Below, in pieces: positions 9,729-19,885 of a DNA stretch of 64,000 nt. This DNA comes from Candidatus Micrarchaeia archaeon (GTDB lineage: Archaea; Micrarchaeota; Micrarchaeia; Burarchaeales; Fermentimicrarchaeaceae). The translations under genes and the position numbers were made by a program. Below the pieces are notes generated by a model. The model saw only the letters and a list, made by a program, of their open reading frames with translations. It was not told where the DNA came from and ran no database searches. Position 1 is the stretch's first letter. Each line of letters begins with the position of its first letter. The stretch covers positions 318,915 through 382,914 of the forward strand of contig JAVZHX010000001.1 in assembly GCA_038871515.1 (NCBI GenBank), read 5' to 3'.

Positions 9729-10360
9729 TCAGACAACCCCATCCTCAGCTCAACCTCAAAGTTTATTCTTTCTGAGTCAAACCCGCGGGACTCCAGCGAA
9801 ACCGCAAGCTGGGAGGAACGTTTGAGAGAGGAGTGAAGCAACGGGATTATCAGGGGGAGAGGAAGGGAGAAGGGAGAGGGAGAGTAACCTCTCATCACTT
9901 GGGAGATGCGTATTCTCTCCACCTCCTGCTGCATAAAGGGTACGAAGTGAACAGCTATTATGAATGCGAATGCTATATCGCCAGGAGTTTTGAAGAAAAC
10001 AAGCGCTTGAAGAATTTTCTTCATTTCTGTTGTGTATACCATCAACAGTGAGATTAAGAAGATATTGAGAAAAAATAGGGAGGTGAGAACTCCAAGCAAA
10101 GCTCCTGAGTAGGAGTGAATTAGTATATGCAGTACTGCAGGAAGCAGTATGAGCAGCCAACCTTTTCCCAAATCCTTAACTGGTTGCGCCAGCGGTATTT
10201 CAGCGATGATGTAAAGAAGTGGTATAACCAGGGATGTTGCGATTAGGATTTCAAAACTCTGTCTAAGGATAAGCAGGAAGAGAAGAAATATTAAGTAGAG
10301 TATTTTCACCCTTGCGTCAATTTTATGAACCAATGAATTTCGTGGGATGTATGCAATCAA
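9680..10360 (-). CDS. ecfT: ECF transporter T component
   Basis: HKIDARVK, SQVMRG and LESRGF (XRX motifs); TTG start 10360. Confidence 0.9.
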   Translation of the reverse strand: MIAYIPRNSLVHKIDARVKILYLIFLLFLLILRQSFEILIATSLVIPLLYIIAEIPLAQPVKDLGKGWLLILLPAVLHILIHSYSGALLGVLTSLFFLNIFLISLLMVYTTEMKKILQALVFFKTPGDIAFAFIIAVHFVPFMQQEVERIRISQVMRGYSPSPFSLPLPLIIPLLHSSLKRSSQLAVSLESRGFDSERINFEVELRMGLSDYLLLFLLPLLVFALF

Positions 10361-11118
10361 TTTCTTACCCTCTTCAGCACACACGGAATTTTCAAACCAT
10401 ACTGCTCAATTTTTGGATTAGAAAGAACCTTTCTGGGAGCTCCATCAAGCGCTATTCTCCCATCTTTTAAAACAATCACTCTTTTAGCATTTTCAAGCAA
10501 CATCTCCGTATCGTGCTCAACAACAACAATTGTTCTTCCCTCTTTGTTCAAACTCCCAAGAAATTTATACAGCTCAACTGCAGCACCAAAATCAAGGCTG
10601 GAGGAGGGCTCGTCAAGAAGTATCACCTCTGGCTCCATAGCAAGAGTTGATGCAATCGCAAGCTTCTGCTTCTGCCCCTCTGAAAGGTTGTTTGGGTCAT
10701 CATTGATGAAGGAGTGCAAGCCAAATAAACGTAGATACTTATCAACTCTTCTCCTCACCTCCTCTCTCGGGAGCTTTCTGTTTTCAAGAGCAAATGCAAC
10801 TTCGTCTCTCACTTTCATTGAGAATATTTGGGAGTTCGGATCCTGAAGCACTATCCCCACTTTCTCAGAAAGCTCACTCACTTTTGTTTGCTTCGTGTTC
10901 ATTCCATCAACAACAACCTCCCCGCGAAAGTTTCCCTGTATTAAATTTGGTATAACCCCATTCATCGTAAGAAGCAGCGTGCTCTTTCCGCTGCCAACCG
11001 GGCCAATGATACCAATAAAGTCGCCTTTTGGTATGGAAAGATTTATTCTCTCAAGCACCTTTTTTCCAGTATACGAGAAAGTTAGGTTGCGTATGGTGAT
11101 CAGCTTACCACCTTGCAT
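10357..11118 (-). CDS. ecfA: ECF transporter ATPase
   Basis: GPVGSGKST, LQDPNSQI, LSEGQKQK, LLDEP, VEHD. Confidence 0.92.
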   Translation of the reverse strand: MQGGKLITIRNLTFSYTGKKVLERINLSIPKGDFIGIIGPVGSGKSTLLLTMNGVIPNLIQGNFRGEVVVDGMNTKQTKVSELSEKVGIVLQDPNSQIFSMKVRDEVAFALENRKLPREEVRRRVDKYLRLFGLHSFINDDPNNLSEGQKQKLAIASTLAMEPEVILLDEPSSSLDFGAAVELYKFLGSLNKEGRTIVVVEHDTEMLLENAKRVIVLKDGRIALDGAPRKVLSNPKIEQYGLKIPCVLKRVRN

Positions 11119-11941
11119 ATCTATTTACAAACCCAAATTTAAAAGCAAGCATCCAGGCGAGTATTGTTTCAACTGCACCCTGAAAAGCATTCCAACCAAA
11201 TATTAGGTACCAGGGAACAGATGCCATTAACTTCTCTGGGGAGATGTGGAAGAAAAGAGGTCCTGCGAAGTAGTAGTTTGAAACAACCATCGCTATTCCC
11301 CTGACAAGTATGCTGATGATGAGCAGTATCGCCACAGCCCGGGCATCTGCAAAAACAAGCGGGGTTAACCCCTTTGAGTATTTCCCCCAGAAATGAAGAA
11401 GAATAAAGCAGAACACCGTTATAGCAAGTATTGGAAGCAACCCAAGCAGAATGTCTGAAACGGTAACACGCACCCCTGAAAAACCAGCAGCTTCAAAACG
11501 GGGGAGGAGGTAAACTGTGGTGTTTGAAAGCGGAAGGGTGGATTTTCCGATAAGGTTGATGTGTATTGAAACCAAAAATAGCATAAGAGAGATGAAAAGC
11601 GCGAAGAAGATGTTTATTAAAACTCTGCCAAGAGTGAAACCCTTTCTTACAGAAAGCATCCAGAAAGCAGGGATGAGGAACATTGGAACTGTTGCTGCGA
11701 ACTTCATGCTCGCCCCAAGCCATGTTTCAGGTGATATGAGTGTTATTATAAGCGCTGTGAGAATGGATGTATAGAAAGCTGCATCAAGCCCAAAAAGAAA
11801 GAAGGCGAGCATTATCGGAACTCCAACCAAATCAACAGTCATCCCAAACCCAGTTTGTATTCCTATTATTCCATGAGAGAATTGAAAGACTGCTGCTATC
11901 GCGGATAGCATAGCAACGGCAGTCAGCTTATATGTTTTCAT
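11105..11941 (-). CDS. ECF transporter S component (unusually long)
   Basis: AVAMLSAIA (AxxxA), multi-TM, WNAFQG; first gene of the S-A-T operon. Confidence 0.75.
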   Translation of the reverse strand: MKTYKLTAVAMLSAIAAVFQFSHGIIGIQTGFGMTVDLVGVPIMLAFFLFGLDAAFYTSILTALIITLISPETWLGASMKFAATVPMFLIPAFWMLSVRKGFTLGRVLINIFFALFISLMLFLVSIHINLIGKSTLPLSNTTVYLLPRFEAAGFSGVRVTVSDILLGLLPILAITVFCFILLHFWGKYSKGLTPLVFADARAVAILLIISILVRGIAMVVSNYYFAGPLFFHISPEKLMASVPWYLIFGWNAFQGAVETILAWMLAFKFGFVNRYARW

Positions 11942-11977
11942 AACTCAGCAATAGAACTTTTACTCTTTTAAATTTAA

Positions 11978-13036
11978 TTACTCAAAAAAGTGTAATCCTT
12001 GAATTTCCACATTCCACAGCCCAATGCTCTTTGCATAGCTCACTGCTTCGTTATACTCCTCCCTTGTTATCCTTCTTGAAATTTCAGGTATCTGCATTGC
12101 TCTGTACTCCGGTCTGTACTGGCTCATTATATTAACTCTAACCCTATCGCCGAGGTTTTTTGCTATCCAGTTTAAAACTGGTTTTGAGCAGCACTCCACG
12201 TGGTTGGGCAGAACAAGATGCCTGTAGAGTATTTCCGCATGCTCAACTGCAAGAAGGCTGTTTCTTGTGAGGGTTTTCCAATAACCTTTTGGGAAAAGGG
12301 AAAGCTTCCTTGCGCATTCATCATTTCCATACTTAAAGTCAGCAAGGTATACGTCAACAACTCCGTTCAGCAGCTCCATTGCTTTTTCAGACATAATCAT
12401 ATTGCTGTTCCATATAACCGGAATGTTAACTTCACATTCATTCAAAGCAGCAAGTATGTTATGTAAATTCGGGGTTGGCTCACCTCCGACAAGATTCAAA
12501 TTTCTCACTCCAAATTTTCTATGGTATTCAACCCACTCCGCAATCTTTTTTGGAGACCAGACTGAACCACTCTGGGGGTATTGGCTTATCTCCCAGTTCT
12601 GGCAGTACTGGCAGCTCATATTGCAACCTGAAAAGAAGATTGTTCCGGAGGGAACCAGCTCTGGCTCCTCCCCAATGTGCTCGAACGCAGATGAAACGCG
12701 TGAGTCAGAAGCAACTCTGCACCAACCAAGCCCACCTTTTTTTCTATTCACTTTGCAGGCTCTCTCGCAGAACTCACACTTCTCAAGCATTTTCTCAGCA
12801 ATGCGCTGCTTCAACTCAAGTAAATTCGGGTGAACTTCCTTCTGTTTTGGTTGGTTAAGAAGAGAAGGAAATTTTTTAATTAATCTCTCGTGCTCCTCCC
12901 AACACTCCTTATAATTATCTGAAATTCTTGCGGGGATGGATTTACACAGCATGAAGCGAGCTGGCTTCTCATCTCTCATAACTTCAACGTATCTCCCAAG
13001 CGCCTTTTGTATTCCCGCATCCTCAAAAACAGACAT
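11978..13036 (-). CDS. PflX-like radical SAM protein
   Basis: CEFCERACKVNR, HIGEEPEL, CNMSCQYC, GGEPTP, RHLVLP. Confidence 0.88.
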   Translation of the reverse strand: MSVFEDAGIQKALGRYVEVMRDEKPARFMLCKSIPARISDNYKECWEEHERLIKKFPSLLNQPKQKEVHPNLLELKQRIAEKMLEKCEFCERACKVNRKKGGLGWCRVASDSRVSSAFEHIGEEPELVPSGTIFFSGCNMSCQYCQNWEISQYPQSGSVWSPKKIAEWVEYHRKFGVRNLNLVGGEPTPNLHNILAALNECEVNIPVIWNSNMIMSEKAMELLNGVVDVYLADFKYGNDECARKLSLFPKGYWKTLTRNSLLAVEHAEILYRHLVLPNHVECCSKPVLNWIAKNLGDRVRVNIMSQYRPEYRAMQIPEISRRITREEYNEAVSYAKSIGLWNVEIQGLHFFE

Positions 13037-13105
13037 AAAACTATTTCTCAAACGTGATATTTAATTATAAGGAATGTTTTTAAATGAGAGAAAGAAAATT
13101 GATTT

Positions 13106-13573
13106 ATGATGAGGGGGCAGAGCGCAGTTGAGTATCTTTCTGTTTATGCAGTTGCATTCATAATAGTCCTAGTTGTTCTCGCAGCTGTTTACTATGTTTG
13201 GAATGCTAACCAAACAGTCACCCCTCACTGTGAGCTTACTGTTGATTTGTACTGCACTGATTTCTATATACGGCAGAATGGAAGTTTAGTTCTTATGATG
13301 AGGCAAACCACTGGGCATCCAATAAGGGTGACTGGTTTCAACTGCACGGCTCAGAGCAATGATGCAATGGTGACAAAAGCAATGGATGTTTATATGAATG
13401 ATGGAGAGCTGAAAACGGTTGTTTCAGAGGAACCTTGCTACAGAGTTGGCGGTGAGATTGCAACTGGAAGCGCGGGGAGTTTTTACAGCGGAAGAATTTA
13501 TATAAAATACACGGAAGCAGACACGGGATTCTCCCACTCCATTGTTGGTAAAATAGTTGCAAGGTATGAATAA
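13106..13573 (+). CDS. Class III signal peptide (type IV pilin-like) protein
   Basis: RG/QSAVEYL followed by hydrophobic helix; Cys-containing beta head. Confidence 0.8.
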   Translation: MMRGQSAVEYLSVYAVAFIIVLVVLAAVYYVWNANQTVTPHCELTVDLYCTDFYIRQNGSLVLMMRQTTGHPIRVTGFNCTAQSNDAMVTKAMDVYMNDGELKTVVSEEPCYRVGGEIATGSAGSFYSGRIYIKYTEADTGFSHSIVGKIVARYE

Positions 13574-13612
13574 ATTTATAAACAGCTGAGAAGAAATAGA
13601 AGTGGTGAGCAG

Positions 13613-14140
13613 ATGAGAAGAGCGCAGGCGGCAATGGAGTATCTTATAACTTATGGATGGGCAATACTGATAATGCTGGTAGTTGTTGGAGTGCTGTTTT
13701 ACTTGGGAGTTTTCAGCCCCAGAGGAGTTTCCGGTTGCAGCTTCCAGTCACCTGGTTTCACCTGCTATGCGTATAAGCTCACTGCAAACACCTCTGATGC
13801 AAGTGGTTTAATCCTCGATTTGGGACAGGCAACTGGGCATGATATAAAGGTGGTTGGGTTCAACTGCACAACTGCTGAGACATGGACGCTGACTGACTTC
13901 AGTCCATTACCTGGTTTCCTGAACGCATCTAACGTCACAATTCCATCAGGAAGCCACAAACCACTTAATGGAACTTCAACTGCTCCAAGACCACTTCCCT
14001 GCTGGAAATCAGATGGCAGCATGATTGGGCCTGGCGATATGGATCAGTATTACAAAGGAAAAATATACATTCATTACATTGATTTGGAAACAAACATGGA
14101 TCATAAGGTTACTGGCGACATTTCAGGTAGAATAGAGTAG
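13613..14140 (+). CDS. Class III signal peptide (type IV pilin-like) protein
   Basis: RA/QAAMEYLITYGWAIL; paralog of 13106. Confidence 0.85.
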   Translation: MRRAQAAMEYLITYGWAILIMLVVVGVLFYLGVFSPRGVSGCSFQSPGFTCYAYKLTANTSDASGLILDLGQATGHDIKVVGFNCTTAETWTLTDFSPLPGFLNASNVTIPSGSHKPLNGTSTAPRPLPCWKSDGSMIGPGDMDQYYKGKIYIHYIDLETNMDHKVTGDISGRIE

Positions 14141-14159
14141 CTGCTTCTCAGGTGGTTGC

Positions 14160-14789
14160 GTGCTGAAATCAAGCTTCTGGGAATTTTGCAATAGAGTCAG
14201 CATTAAACTTGGAATAATTTTCTCAAAAATTCCAATTTCTGCAAACACGTGGACTCTGCTCTCACTGGTGCCTGCTTTGCTTGGTTTTGTTTTTCTTTTG
14301 TATAAACAAATGGATGCTGCTCTGCTTCTATTTGCAGTTTCAGCTTTAATAGATGCAATAGATGGGGGAGTTGCAAGGGTGACTGGAACAGTGAGCAACC
14401 TTGGAGCGTATCTTGATGGTATGATGGATAGAGTTGTTGAGGGGTTGCTTCTGATTGGGATAATGCTTCACGGGATACCTGATTTAGCTATTGGTGGTTT
14501 CACAACTCCTTCCTTCCTCTGGATTGCGCTCCTGCTCTTCTTCGGCTCTGTTATGGTGAGCTACTCAAGAGCATACGCAGTTTACAGAAGAGCAATACGG
14601 GATAGCGAAGTTGTTTCGCGCATGCCAGGAGTTTTGGAAAGGGCTGAACGCCTCATACTGATATTCATTGGTATGGCGCTTTATAGGTTCAACCCATTAT
14701 ATCTTACTTACTCAATTGCTTTGGCAAGCGTGCTTTCAATAATAACAGTTATGCAAAGAATGCTTTTCACAATAAGAAATGCAGAGTGA
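14160..14789 (+). CDS. CDP-alcohol phosphatidyltransferase (archaetidylinositol-phosphate synthase-like)
   Basis: DAIDGGVAR...GAYLDGMMDR; ERAER. Confidence 0.92.
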   Translation: MLKSSFWEFCNRVSIKLGIIFSKIPISANTWTLLSLVPALLGFVFLLYKQMDAALLLFAVSALIDAIDGGVARVTGTVSNLGAYLDGMMDRVVEGLLLIGIMLHGIPDLAIGGFTTPSFLWIALLLFFGSVMVSYSRAYAVYRRAIRDSEVVSRMPGVLERAERLILIFIGMALYRFNPLYLTYSIALASVLSIITVMQRMLFTIRNAE

Positions 14790-14793
14790 TTGA

Positions 14794-15450
14794 ATGAGAG
14801 TCGATATGCACATACACACAATCTACTCTGGCGATTCAATCTGCAAGCCAGAAAGCATAATAAAATATGCAAAAAAGAGAGGGCTTGATGGAGTTGCTGT
14901 CACAGACCATAATAAAACAGATGCATGGATAAAAATGTTAAATGAAGGAGTGAGGGCGGGGATAGTGGTTATACTTGGGGAGGAGATTGAAGTTGAGCAG
15001 AACGGAAAGGTAATAGGTGAAGTGCTAGGCTACTTTCTTGCTGAGGAGGTTAAAAGGGGGGAGCTTGGCAACGTTTTAGATGAAATAGCAAGCCAGGGGG
15101 GAATCGCAGCTCTGCCCCATCCGTTCTGCTTCTGGAGAGGTATGAAAGCAGATTTAGGTGGAATTGCAAAAAAGGTGGATGCGGTTGAAGTTTTCAACTC
15201 AAGAATGTATTTCAACTCTCAAAACAGAAATGCTTTGGAATTAGCTAGAAAGCACAAGCTTGCGGAAATAGGGGGGAGCGATGCGCATACGTGCTGGGAG
15301 GTTGGAAATGCGTATACACACGCTGAAGCAGATGGGGTTGAGGAGTTCAGGAAAGCAATAATGAAAAGAAAAACAAAGGCTGAAGGAAAGCTCACAAACC
15401 CACTTATAAGATTTCTATCACACCTTTCAAAAATTGGAGTGAAACGCTAA
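14794..15450 (+). CDS. PHP domain phosphoesterase
   Basis: DMHIHT, TDHN, PHPF, GGSDAH. Confidence 0.9.
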   Translation: MRVDMHIHTIYSGDSICKPESIIKYAKKRGLDGVAVTDHNKTDAWIKMLNEGVRAGIVVILGEEIEVEQNGKVIGEVLGYFLAEEVKRGELGNVLDEIASQGGIAALPHPFCFWRGMKADLGGIAKKVDAVEVFNSRMYFNSQNRNALELARKHKLAEIGGSDAHTCWEVGNAYTHAEADGVEEFRKAIMKRKTKAEGKLTNPLIRFLSHLSKIGVKR

Positions 15451-17873
15451 CCTCCTTTCTTTATCAGCGACTTTCCTCTTGGAGTCAACTTGTAGAAAAC
15501 CCACTTCCTCCCATCAACTTCTATCTTTTCAACAAGCTCCGCCTCCCTGAGTTTGTCCAAGTGCTCAACAATTGTTGCTTTGCTTTTGTTCAGCTTTGAG
15601 CTTATATCAGTTGGCGTTCTCTCCCCCTCTGCAAGCGTGTTCAGTATCTGCAACCTTGTTTCAGATGAAAGAACCTTGTGAAGCTCCGCCTCATCCCCCT
15701 CCTGCGGGGAGTATTTTTTCAGTATATTGAGGAGAATGAAAACAACAAAGAATGCAAGTGCTATGCTGACTGGGATAAGGATGATGGATGAAAGCTCAGG
15801 AGTCCCTCCACCGGTTGCATTTGTTTGTGTTATTCCCGGCGTTTGCGTTGTTTCAGATGGGACAACCTGTATAACTTCACCTTGGCTGCAGAGTATAGCA
15901 TCCTCTCCAACAGAAAGATAGTTTGCCGTTTCTGGGTTGTTTATCAACTCAAAATATTCGTCTGAACCAAATGAAACTGTTCTTGTTGGTTGCTCCTCAC
16001 CGCACGCAGTATCCTTCCAAACTCCTCCTACTGAAACAAAAGTTTTATCGCCTACTGCTTTTGTTCCTTCAACATACTGCGCAATTCCAGTTGTGCTTTC
16101 TGCTGATTTGTACGCACTTGTAACTCCAAACGCCCCTCCTCCAACTGCAGCTGCCATCGGCATAATACCTACATCTCTTTTTCTTGTTGTTCCCTCTGGT
16201 GAAACTACAAGATAGGAGGTGTAGGGAGTTGGTATCCCATACTTCGTTGCAAGTGAAGTAACCTCCTGCTTCAGCTGAGGGGTTTCTCCTTCAAGCATTA
16301 TTTGGTCAAGCAGATAGCCAACCCTTCTCAATGCCCATGTTCTCTCAACAAAGCTGTTTGACGAGCTTTGAGGGAAGTATACCTCATACGTCCACTCCTT
16401 TCTGCTTTCGCCAACAAACCCCTCAAGATGAACTACTGCACGTCCAGAGCCGTTATACCTTCCTGCTACAACCAGCTGGGTTCCAAGAAAAACATCAGGT
16501 ATTCTCCTTGGGAGCACATCGTAAACAGGGTAATCAAATCTCAATTTAACATTGGAGAGAAGAGGTGTTGCTATTCTATCGTAAAATGATTTCAAAGTAA
16601 CCTCAAGCTCTGCTTCATTCTTTATATATGTTGGAATTCCATCCCCAAATTCATTTGCCAGCTTATCCAGCAGTTCAAAGTCTGCATCATCCCCAACTCC
16701 AAACACAAATACTTTGAAACCGCTTTTTCCACTCAAACTCTTTATTATCTCTGCTCTTGAATGCCCAGTTGTATCCCTTCCATCTGTCAGTAAAACTACT
16801 ATGTGCACTCTTGAGTCATTCTGAAACTCCTGAACAGCTGCCAGAAGCGAGTCCTGGATGTTTGTTGAGCCCTCAGCAATCAAATTATCTATGAACTCCT
16901 TCGCCTCTTTAATTGAAGCAACTCCCTCAAGCTTCCCTGAGAATGCTTTGTGGGTGCTTGAGAAAGCAATCACGTCAAACCTGTCCACTCCATTCAGCTT
17001 ATCCAACCCATATTTCAAAGCTCTTTTTGCCTGCTCAATTTTCACCCCCTCCATACTGCCAGAGGTGTCAATTACGAAAACAACGTCCTTTGGCAGTGAG
17101 GTTTGGTTAACAATTGAAGGATAGATGAAAAGAAGAAAGTAACCGCTCTCCCCTGTTTTGTGAGCAAGCAGTTTAACATCATACTCCCTTTCTGTAATCC
17201 CGTAGTATAACTGAAAATCCTTATCAGGAAGAACCTTCTCCTCATAATAAGTAGCTGTTGCCTTTCCTTTCCCTTCCCTCTCAACTGTTATATTGTGGGT
17301 TGGCGAGTAAATGAAGCCAAGGGTGCCTGGCGCATTTATTTTAACCGTTATATTCACTGGGTCTATTGGCTTTGTTGAATACCTTTCTGGGCTGAGCGGA
17401 TACATGTAGGAGTAAACCCCTCCGCTGGATTGAATTATCTGCTCATATGTTATAACTACTTTGACAACTTTTCCCTTTGGAAGAACAATACTTGAGGAGA
17501 ATGCATCCCTTCCAACATATTCAAGCAGCGAGGCATCTCTTCTCTCAATTACATACTGCTGGTAAAGCTTCTTTGCCTCCTCTTTTCCAAGCAATCTTCC
17601 CTCAAGTGTTTTGCCGTCAACTATTAATTTAACATCTCTTATTCCTCCGCCTGGAACTGGGAAAACATATGTTCCCTCCAAATCCCTGTAACCATCATTT
17701 TTGAACTCCTGCTCAACACGAGTGTAGGCATACGTATCATTTATTGTAACGGTTACATAGTGATTGAGTATAAGCGGATACGGATCCTCGTGATGGTGCG
17801 GTATCACCACTCCATCAGAAGCGACAAGAGTTGTAAGCAGAAAAACTGCCACAAAGAAAAACTTTGGCTTCAT
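15447..17873 (-). CDS. Signal peptide-VIT-vWA-TM-ArsR-type wHTH fusion protein
   Basis: VIT (VEQEFKN..LEGTYVFP), MIDAS DTSGS..T..TDG, TM helix near aa 698-720, C-terminal LSSETRLQILNTL..RTPTDISSKLNKSKATIVEHLDKL wHTH. Confidence 0.88.
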   Translation of the reverse strand: MKPKFFFVAVFLLTTLVASDGVVIPHHHEDPYPLILNHYVTVTINDTYAYTRVEQEFKNDGYRDLEGTYVFPVPGGGIRDVKLIVDGKTLEGRLLGKEEAKKLYQQYVIERRDASLLEYVGRDAFSSSIVLPKGKVVKVVITYEQIIQSSGGVYSYMYPLSPERYSTKPIDPVNITVKINAPGTLGFIYSPTHNITVEREGKGKATATYYEEKVLPDKDFQLYYGITEREYDVKLLAHKTGESGYFLLFIYPSIVNQTSLPKDVVFVIDTSGSMEGVKIEQAKRALKYGLDKLNGVDRFDVIAFSSTHKAFSGKLEGVASIKEAKEFIDNLIAEGSTNIQDSLLAAVQEFQNDSRVHIVVLLTDGRDTTGHSRAEIIKSLSGKSGFKVFVFGVGDDADFELLDKLANEFGDGIPTYIKNEAELEVTLKSFYDRIATPLLSNVKLRFDYPVYDVLPRRIPDVFLGTQLVVAGRYNGSGRAVVHLEGFVGESRKEWTYEVYFPQSSSNSFVERTWALRRVGYLLDQIMLEGETPQLKQEVTSLATKYGIPTPYTSYLVVSPEGTTRKRDVGIMPMAAAVGGGAFGVTSAYKSAESTTGIAQYVEGTKAVGDKTFVSVGGVWKDTACGEEQPTRTVSFGSDEYFELINNPETANYLSVGEDAILCSQGEVIQVVPSETTQTPGITQTNATGGGTPELSSIILIPVSIALAFFVVFILLNILKKYSPQEGDEAELHKVLSSETRLQILNTLAEGERTPTDISSKLNKSKATIVEHLDKLREAELVEKIEVDGRKWVFYKLTPRGKSLIKKGG

Positions 17874-17922
17874 AATACCACCAAATAGTTAAGTGAGGAG
17901 GTTATTTATACTCTATACGTTT

Positions 17923-17944
17923 TTGTTAGGTTTTCACCGAACAA
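17923..17944. promoter_or_regulatory. 8-6-8 inverted repeat upstream of the vWA-ArsR promoter (candidate operator)
   Basis: TTGTTAGG-TTTTCA-CCGAACAA with 1 mismatch, about 12 nt upstream of minus-strand TATAAATAA. Confidence 0.4.
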
Positions 17945-18034
17945 TAATTTTGAAGCCTAAAACTGAATGCTTGGAGCAACAAACAGCAGTAGTTAAATAG
18001 TGTTTTCGCTCAAATACATTTGAAGAGGTGGAAA

Positions 18035-19549
18035 GTGAGCGAAAGTTACTTCAGATACGAAAGAATCGCGCCCAGGGAGTACCAGCGCAGGATAGCGGAA
18101 AACGTGCTTGCAAAAGGGAATTCGTTAGTGATACTCCCAACTGGGCTTGGGAAAACTGCAATTGCGCTTCTTGTTGCAGATAGATATTTGCAGGAAGGGA
18201 AAAGAGTGCTCTTCCTTGCGCCAACAAAACCACTCTGCGAGCAGCACAGGAAGAGCTTTGAGGAGCTGATGAAGCTTGAGAGTGGGGATGTGGTTCTTAT
18301 AACAGGAGAGCTGAACGCCGAAAAACGCAGAGGGATGTGGGAGGCTGGAAAGGTGGTTGTTGCAACTCCGCAGTGCGTGAAAAATGATTTGAAGAAAGGG
18401 AGAATGAAGCTGAATTTTGGGTTGGTGGTGCTTGACGAGGTGCACAGAGCTGTTGGCAACTATGCGTATACATTTGTTGCTGAGGAGTGCAGAAAGGAAG
18501 GGTTGCACCTGCTTGGTTTAACTGCTTCTCCGGGAAGCTCAAAGGAGAAAATTGAAACGATGAGCCAGCTGCTTGGGGTGAAAAACATAGAGATAAGAGA
18601 TGAAATGGATGAGGATGTAAGGAAATACGTTCAACCAATTGAAATAAAATGGGAAACTGTTGAACTGCCAGCCGAGATGGATGAGATAAGGAAGTTGCTT
18701 GAAGCAATAATAGAGGAGAGGATGGAAGTTCTGAGGAAGTTTGAGTGGATAAGGGCGAAGAGCTTTCGCTCATTAAGCAAAAAAGTTTTACTACAGGTGA
18801 GGGAGAGAATTGAGAGGAGCACTGGTGGAGTTAGGTATATGGGGTTGTCGCAGCACGCAGCGCTTATGAATTTACTGCATGCGCATGAGCTGCTTGAAAC
18901 GCAGGGCGCATCTGCTTTTATAGAGTTTTTCAATAGAATGGAGAGTAAGGAGAAGAAAAGCAAAGCGGTGGTGAGAATACTGAAGGATGAGAGAATTAAG
19001 CTTGCTTTGAAAAAGGCGTCAGAGCTGAAGTTTGACCATCCCAAGCTTGAAAAGCTTTGCCAGCTGATAGGAGAAAGAAAAGATAGAATGTATATTGTTT
19101 TCGTTCAGTACAGGGATCAGATTAGAAAGGTTGTTGAAGAATTGAATAAAATTTCTGGCGTTAAAGCTGAGAGGTTTGTTGGGAAGAGGGAGGGAGTTAC
19201 CCAGGAGGAGCAGAAGCGCACAATTGAGAGATTTAGAAACAGGGAGTTCAATGTCCTGGTTGCAAGCTCGATAGGAGAGGAAGGTTTGGATATACCTGCT
19301 GTTGACACCGTTGTTTTTTACGAGCCAATCCCCAGCGAGATAAGGAATATACAGAGAAGGGGAAGAACTGCAAGGACAAGAGCTGGAGAAGTTGTAATAT
19401 TGATAACAAAAGGGACGAGAGATGAGGCTTATTACTGGGTTTCAAGGAGCAGAGAGAGGAAAATGAGGAGAATTGTGAAGGGGATGCAGAGCATGCTTGG
19501 TAGAGTTAAAGTGAGGAGCAGTCAGAGCAAACTCACTGACTTCAGCTAG
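18035..19549 (+). CDS. Hef/FANCM-like SF2 helicase without ERCC4 nuclease domain
   Basis: LPTGLGKT, DEVH, TASPG, EEGLDIP, QRRGRTAR; ends in PIP box QSKLTDF; GTG start after GAGGTGG. Confidence 0.9.
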   Translation: MSESYFRYERIAPREYQRRIAENVLAKGNSLVILPTGLGKTAIALLVADRYLQEGKRVLFLAPTKPLCEQHRKSFEELMKLESGDVVLITGELNAEKRRGMWEAGKVVVATPQCVKNDLKKGRMKLNFGLVVLDEVHRAVGNYAYTFVAEECRKEGLHLLGLTASPGSSKEKIETMSQLLGVKNIEIRDEMDEDVRKYVQPIEIKWETVELPAEMDEIRKLLEAIIEERMEVLRKFEWIRAKSFRSLSKKVLLQVRERIERSTGGVRYMGLSQHAALMNLLHAHELLETQGASAFIEFFNRMESKEKKSKAVVRILKDERIKLALKKASELKFDHPKLEKLCQLIGERKDRMYIVFVQYRDQIRKVVEELNKISGVKAERFVGKREGVTQEEQKRTIERFRNREFNVLVASSIGEEGLDIPAVDTVVFYEPIPSEIRNIQRRGRTARTRAGEVVILITKGTRDEAYYWVSRSRERKMRRIVKGMQSMLGRVKVRSSQSKLTDFS

Positions 19550-19818
19550 AAAACCGGCACTCCAAAAAATTTTAGAATGAGCATTGTTGCAAGAGCGGGC
19601 AAGCCAAGCAGTGCAACTGGCACGATGTGCGGCCAGAGAGGTATGTTTATCCCTATAAGTTTAAGGAGGAAGAATAGAACAACTCCAACAAGAGAGTTTA
19701 AGATGATTGTTACCAGCCATTTCACCGCAATTCTCGCCAGCCTGAAAAACAATGCTATGCCAAAAATTATGAAGAAGAGTATTATGAATAAAACTGATGC
19801 AAGGATAAAATCTGGCAT
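19546..19818 (-). CDS. BofA-like small membrane protein
   Basis: ILNSLVG...IPL...LGLPAL pattern; 3 TM segments. Confidence 0.65.
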   Translation of the reverse strand: MPDFILASVLFIILFFIIFGIALFFRLARIAVKWLVTIILNSLVGVVLFFLLKLIGINIPLWPHIVPVALLGLPALATMLILKFFGVPVF

Positions 19819-19885
19819 AAAATCACCTAAGTTTTATCTGCTGGCGAGTTTAAAAAGTTATTTAAACTTCCTAATTCATAATGTT

